Assembly (NCBI GenBank): GCA_964551835.1
Contig: CAZKEM010000054.1
Location: forward strand, 7,615 to 71,614
Reading direction: 5' to 3'
DNA from: an uncultured Acidimicrobiaceae bacterium
Lineage (GTDB): Bacteria > Actinomycetota > Acidimicrobiia > Acidimicrobiales > SZUA-35
Length of the DNA: 64,000 nt
The notes beneath the pieces are model-generated. The model searched no databases. It had not been told where the DNA came from and was given only the letters and a program-made list of their open reading frames with translations. This document shows positions 60,030-64,000 of this stretch, one piece after another (the stretch's first letter is position 1; the number at the start of each line of letters is the position of its first letter). The position numbers and the translations under genes were made by a program.

Positions 60030-61826
60030 GTGGCAGTCGCCCTAGAAACCCCAGATAGACGTGCCGGAGTCGCTCGCCGAGGCCTGCGGCTTATCGTCAG
60101 AAGCTTCAAAGCCGACCCCAGAAATCATGCGATTGCGATGGCTGGAGCCACGTTATATTCTCTGACTCTCGTCCAGTTCACCCGGACGATCAGTTGGGCG
60201 GCGGACACGACGGTCATCCCAGCCCTCAACGGTGAACGTGTTTCTCGAACGGATGCCCTTGTCTGTGCCGCAGTCGTTATCGGGATTCTCTTACTACGAG
60301 GTCTCGGCACATCAGCCAGGAGATACTTCTTAGCCATTGCAGAATTTAGAACCGAAGAACTCTGGCGGTCAGACCTATTTGCCCACGTCATCGACCAGCC
60401 GCTCAAAGTTGTGCGCGCCCACCCAGCTGGGCGACTGATCGCCCATGTTGACAGCGATGTCAACACAGCAGGAACGGTTATAAAACCTCTGGCCTTTGCC
60501 GTTGGCACAGTCGTCCTGGCTATTACTGGTTTGTTGAGTCTATTCGAGATTCATCTTTGGTTCGGGTTGGTCGGAAGCGTATTGTTCCCAACACTTGCAC
60601 TACTGAATCAACGGTTTTCTCGCATCGTCGAGCAACCTGCGGCCGATGTTCAGCGGACAGTGGCCAACGTTACGTCGGTCGCCCACGAAAGCTTCGACGG
60701 CGTAATCATGGTGAAAACGCTAGGACGAGAAGACGCCGAGGTCGAACGATTTCGGTCCAAGTCCGAGTCCTTGAACCGCCGACGACAGCTGCTTGGCCGG
60801 ATCAATACCTTCTATCAACCATTGCTCCGGTTACTTCCAAACGTCGGAGCGATTTTGATGATCGTAGTTGGCGCCGCGATGATTGACCGAGGATCGGTTT
60901 CGCTCGGCGAGCTAATCGGCGCTGTAACACTACTGAGCATCATGGCGTTGCCGCTTCGAGTCTTCGCGTTCTTTCTTCAGTCATTGCCGCCTTCAGTAGT
61001 CGCACTAGACCGGATCGATGCATTCCTTGCCTACGACGGTCGAACTGACGATGCCGTGGACCACGCCGAAGAAGCATTGGAACCACCTGAGGTTATGCGG
61101 TTCGACAACGTAGGCCTCGCCTACGTCAGCTCATCGGACCCCGTTCCCGCTAACGCAGACCAGGATAGTGAACCGCCGAATAACGCAGTACTTGACGGTC
61201 TTTCGTTTTCGGTACGACAAGGCGAAGTAGTTGCCGTAGTTGGCAAAACCGGTGCCGGTAAAACGACCTTGGCCGAGCTTGCATCTGGACTGTTGGAACC
61301 TTCCGAAGGCATCGTTCTAAAACAAGGCGGGTTGACAGTGGTCCCCGTACTGCAAGAAGCATTCCTATTCAACGATTCAGTCGTCAGCAACATTACGCTC
61401 GGTCATGAAGTCAGTGACGAACAGCTCCACCTAACCGCCGAATCGGCTCAAGCTCACAAGTTCATTTCGGACCTTCCAACGGGCTACCAAACCGTTATCG
61501 GCGAACGAGGGGTGACACTTTCGGGCGGACAACGTCAACGAGTTGCCCTTGTGCGAGCGCTCGTCCGTCAACCTGGGCTTCTAGTCCTTGACGACGCTAC
61601 TTCAGCGATCGATCCGGTCATCGAGTCCGCAATTCTTGAATCTCTCCGCGACCAGAGATTGACGATGTTGGTCGTCGCCAACCGGCTGTCAACAATTAGT
61701 CTTGCCGACCGAGTTTTGTTCCTGCAGGCAGGGGCGATAGCGGCCGAGGGAACACACGAAGAGCTGTTACAAAACGCCGACTACCGTTCACTTGTGGCCG
61801 CCGAATTTGACGGGACGACCCCATGA
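60030..61826 (+). CDS. ABC exporter subunit (TMD+NBD), heterodimer partner 1
   Basis: GKTGAGKT, LSGGQRQR, LDDATS; TACGCT -10 box 7 nt before GTG 60030. Confidence 0.92.
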   Translation: MAVALETPDRRAGVARRGLRLIVRSFKADPRNHAIAMAGATLYSLTLVQFTRTISWAADTTVIPALNGERVSRTDALVCAAVVIGILLLRGLGTSARRYFLAIAEFRTEELWRSDLFAHVIDQPLKVVRAHPAGRLIAHVDSDVNTAGTVIKPLAFAVGTVVLAITGLLSLFEIHLWFGLVGSVLFPTLALLNQRFSRIVEQPAADVQRTVANVTSVAHESFDGVIMVKTLGREDAEVERFRSKSESLNRRRQLLGRINTFYQPLLRLLPNVGAILMIVVGAAMIDRGSVSLGELIGAVTLLSIMALPLRVFAFFLQSLPPSVVALDRIDAFLAYDGRTDDAVDHAEEALEPPEVMRFDNVGLAYVSSSDPVPANADQDSEPPNNAVLDGLSFSVRQGEVVAVVGKTGAGKTTLAELASGLLEPSEGIVLKQGGLTVVPVLQEAFLFNDSVVSNITLGHEVSDEQLHLTAESAQAHKFISDLPTGYQTVIGERGVTLSGGQRQRVALVRALVRQPGLLVLDDATSAIDPVIESAILESLRDQRLTMLVVANRLSTISLADRVLFLQAGAIAAEGTHEELLQNADYRSLVAAEFDGTTP

Positions 61827-63610
61827 ACCAACCGGAGGTCAGAGCATGGGCGGTTTTGCGTCGCGGAGTCGCTGAAACCCCAGAGATTAAGCGCGGCCTG
61901 ATACCAACCATCGCTGCCGCGCTACTCGGCTCCGCCGGGCAACTGATCCTTCCGATTGTGGTACAACAAGCGTTCGATCGCGGCTTCGATGAAGGCTCTG
62001 ATGGATCCGTTGACGTCGATATGGAACGTATCGGTATGATCTGCGCAGTCGCCGCGATCACGGCATTGTTTGTCTTTGTCATGGACCGGCTGGCGTTGTG
62101 GCGTCTTTTGGTCGCCGGAGAAAGCGCTCTCTCAGCGTTGCGAGTCAGAGCCTTCACCCATATCCATCAATTAAGCATGGCTGAGCACTCCGAGAGCCAG
62201 CGGGGTCAGCTGACCGCTCGAGTAACGAGCGACACTGAGACACTTTCGCGCTTCCTTCAATGGGGTGCCCTGACCTGGATCCGACAATCCGCCGTTATCG
62301 CTGGCTCCCTACTCGCGATGGCTTGGTTCAGTTGGCAACTTACACTTGTCGTTCTCGTCGCGTATTCACCACTGTTCCCATCGCTTCGATACATTCAGCG
62401 CCGCCAGTTTGACGCGTATGGCCAGGTCAGAACAAGTGTGGGCGAAATGATCGGCCTTGCAGCGGAGAGTATAAGTGGGGCGGCGACGATTCGCGGGTAC
62501 GGGTACCAAAAGGTGGTTTCGCAACGGCTACTCGAAAGCTCCAGTTCGCTAACCAGAAACCAGATCGATGCTCATCGGTACTTCGCACTTCTCTCCCCTG
62601 TTCTGGCATTCTTCAGTGCAATCGCTTTTTCGGCGTCGATTCTTGTCGCGCTCTGGCTCGGACCGAGCGAGCTTACAATAGGCCAATTCGGCGCATTCAT
62701 ATTTCTGTTGACTATTGTTAATGGGCCGGTGAGTCAGATCGCTGAAGTGCTCGATCAGACTCAGACCGCCATGGCAGGTTGGGCTAAGGTCCAAAAACTG
62801 TTCGACATCGAAATAGACCTCGTTGAACCGTCCGATGCCGACGCTGTCGTTCTCGATTCCGCTCCCCCACGAGTCGAATTCTCCGCTGTCGGGTTTCGGT
62901 ACCGAACGGGCGACCAGATTCTTGATGATCTGACCTTCGAGGTTCCCGCCAGGGCATCGGTCGCTATTGTCGGCGAAACCGGAGCGGGGAAAACCACCGT
63001 TGCAAAGCTAATCTCTCGATTGATCGACCCCACCAGCGGCACTGTGAGCGTCGGCGGCCATGACCTTCGCAACGTAACCAAGTCGAGTCGAAATAGCGCC
63101 ATTCGGATGGTTACACAAGACGGATTTCTCTTCGATACGACGGTCCGTGAGAATATTCGGTTTGGTCGTCCCGGAGCCACCGACCACGAGATCGTCGAGG
63201 CTGCTGCCAAGCTTGGTCTGGACAAACGGTTGGCATCTCTTCCTCAGGGCCTCGAAACCCCGGTCGGCGAACGAGGAGACAACGTTTCGGTCGGTGAACG
63301 GCAACTTATCGCTCTCGTACGGGCGCAGGTAGCGGGAGCTGGACTTCTAATACTCGACGAAGCAACTAGCTCGGTCGACCCAGAGGTAGAAAAGGATTTA
63401 GCCGAAGCGCTGACCAGACTCAGCCAGGACCGAACGACCATCACGATCGCTCATCGCATGTCGACGGCCGAACGTGCTGACATGGTTCTCGTCTTAGATC
63501 GAGGCAAGCTCGTAGAGCAGGGAACCCATGCCGAATTGCTCGAAGCTAAACAATTCTACCACAGCTTGTACTACGCGTTAGATGCCGCCGAGGCCAACTT
63601 ACTCAGGTAG
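61823..63610 (+). CDS. ABC exporter subunit (TMD+NBD), heterodimer partner 2
   Basis: GETGAGKT, VSVGERQL, LDEATS, IAHR; ATGA overlap. Confidence 0.92.
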   Translation: MNQPEVRAWAVLRRGVAETPEIKRGLIPTIAAALLGSAGQLILPIVVQQAFDRGFDEGSDGSVDVDMERIGMICAVAAITALFVFVMDRLALWRLLVAGESALSALRVRAFTHIHQLSMAEHSESQRGQLTARVTSDTETLSRFLQWGALTWIRQSAVIAGSLLAMAWFSWQLTLVVLVAYSPLFPSLRYIQRRQFDAYGQVRTSVGEMIGLAAESISGAATIRGYGYQKVVSQRLLESSSSLTRNQIDAHRYFALLSPVLAFFSAIAFSASILVALWLGPSELTIGQFGAFIFLLTIVNGPVSQIAEVLDQTQTAMAGWAKVQKLFDIEIDLVEPSDADAVVLDSAPPRVEFSAVGFRYRTGDQILDDLTFEVPARASVAIVGETGAGKTTVAKLISRLIDPTSGTVSVGGHDLRNVTKSSRNSAIRMVTQDGFLFDTTVRENIRFGRPGATDHEIVEAAAKLGLDKRLASLPQGLETPVGERGDNVSVGERQLIALVRAQVAGAGLLILDEATSSVDPEVEKDLAEALTRLSQDRTTITIAHRMSTAERADMVLVLDRGKLVEQGTHAELLEAKQFYHSLYYALDAAEANLLR

Positions 63611-63669
63611 CCAAGCCTCTCCGAGGCGAACCAACTACACTTGGCCAAAATTCGTACCGATAACGATAT

Positions 63670-64000
63670 ATGAGTGAGCCAAGGCTGGGTGACAACCATA
63701 TGGATACTTCAAATTCACCCTGGACGTTCGACAACGAAAGTGCACCCCTGAACACGTCGGGCCCTTTGCTGACCTTGGTCGATGGCCGTTCTTTTTCATT
63801 GAGTAGCGTCTGTGGCGACATCAGTGGAGCCGACCCGCAGGGGTTTTTTTACCTCGACACAAGAATTCTGAAGAAATTCCAACTCTTACTCAATGGGCAG
63901 CCGATCGAACCTCTTGGCCATGATGTGATCGATAGTTTCAGCGCTCAATTTGTTGGGCGTTTTCATGGCGCCAAACGAGTTGCAGATGCCCCCATCGTCG
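63670..64000 (+). CDS. Glycogen-debranching / amylo-alpha-1,6-glucosidase N-terminal domain (truncated by the window end)
   Basis: ...SPWTF...LTLVDGRSFSLSSVCGDI...QGFFYLDTRIL...LNGQPIEPL; start ATG 63670 or 63700; not in the ORF track. Confidence 0.75.
   Translation, partial: MSEPRLGDNHMDTSNSPWTFDNESAPLNTSGPLLTLVDGRSFSLSSVCGDISGADPQGFFYLDTRILKKFQLLLNGQPIEPLGHDVIDSFSAQFVGRFHGAKRVADAPIV

Noticed and set aside
63603-63821. 72-aa minus-strand ORF
   Set aside because: Antisense to the recognisable glycogen-debranching gene start

Overview
A 64 kb window of gene-dense core chromosome, most likely from an actinobacterium of class Acidimicrobiia. This is inferred from F420 cofD/cofE, a DUF5719/GT2 locus, an LCP protein, Rpf, a DUF4214 amidase and many leaderless-type starts. 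It holds a cell-wall glycopolymer region (GT2-membrane fusion, rmd/gmd, manC-like, three GT4s, uxs, ugd, LCP), cofDE, a helicase, gltBD, peptidoglycan genes (L,D-transpeptidase, amidase, murF, ddl, rpf), menA, serB, tpx and ABC exporters. I saw no rRNA, tRNA, CRISPR array or mobile element. The two best candidates for an undescribed system are (1) a translationally coupled operon of fatty-acyl-reductase/HAD fusion, divergent LarA-like protein and acyltransferase (48.6-53.4 kb), resembling a split myxobacterial ether-lipid (elb) pathway, and (2) a membrane leader protein ending in a Cys-rich RGPP arrest-like motif ahead of a His-rich lipoprotein and a polytopic membrane protein (26.1-29.4 kb), possibly a metal-responsive uptake module. 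Smaller observations include an uncalled Zn-ribbon microprotein, a SulP gene with no canonical start, a frameshifted adhesin relic and several candidate operators and promoters. All family calls come from motif recognition by eye, not database searches.
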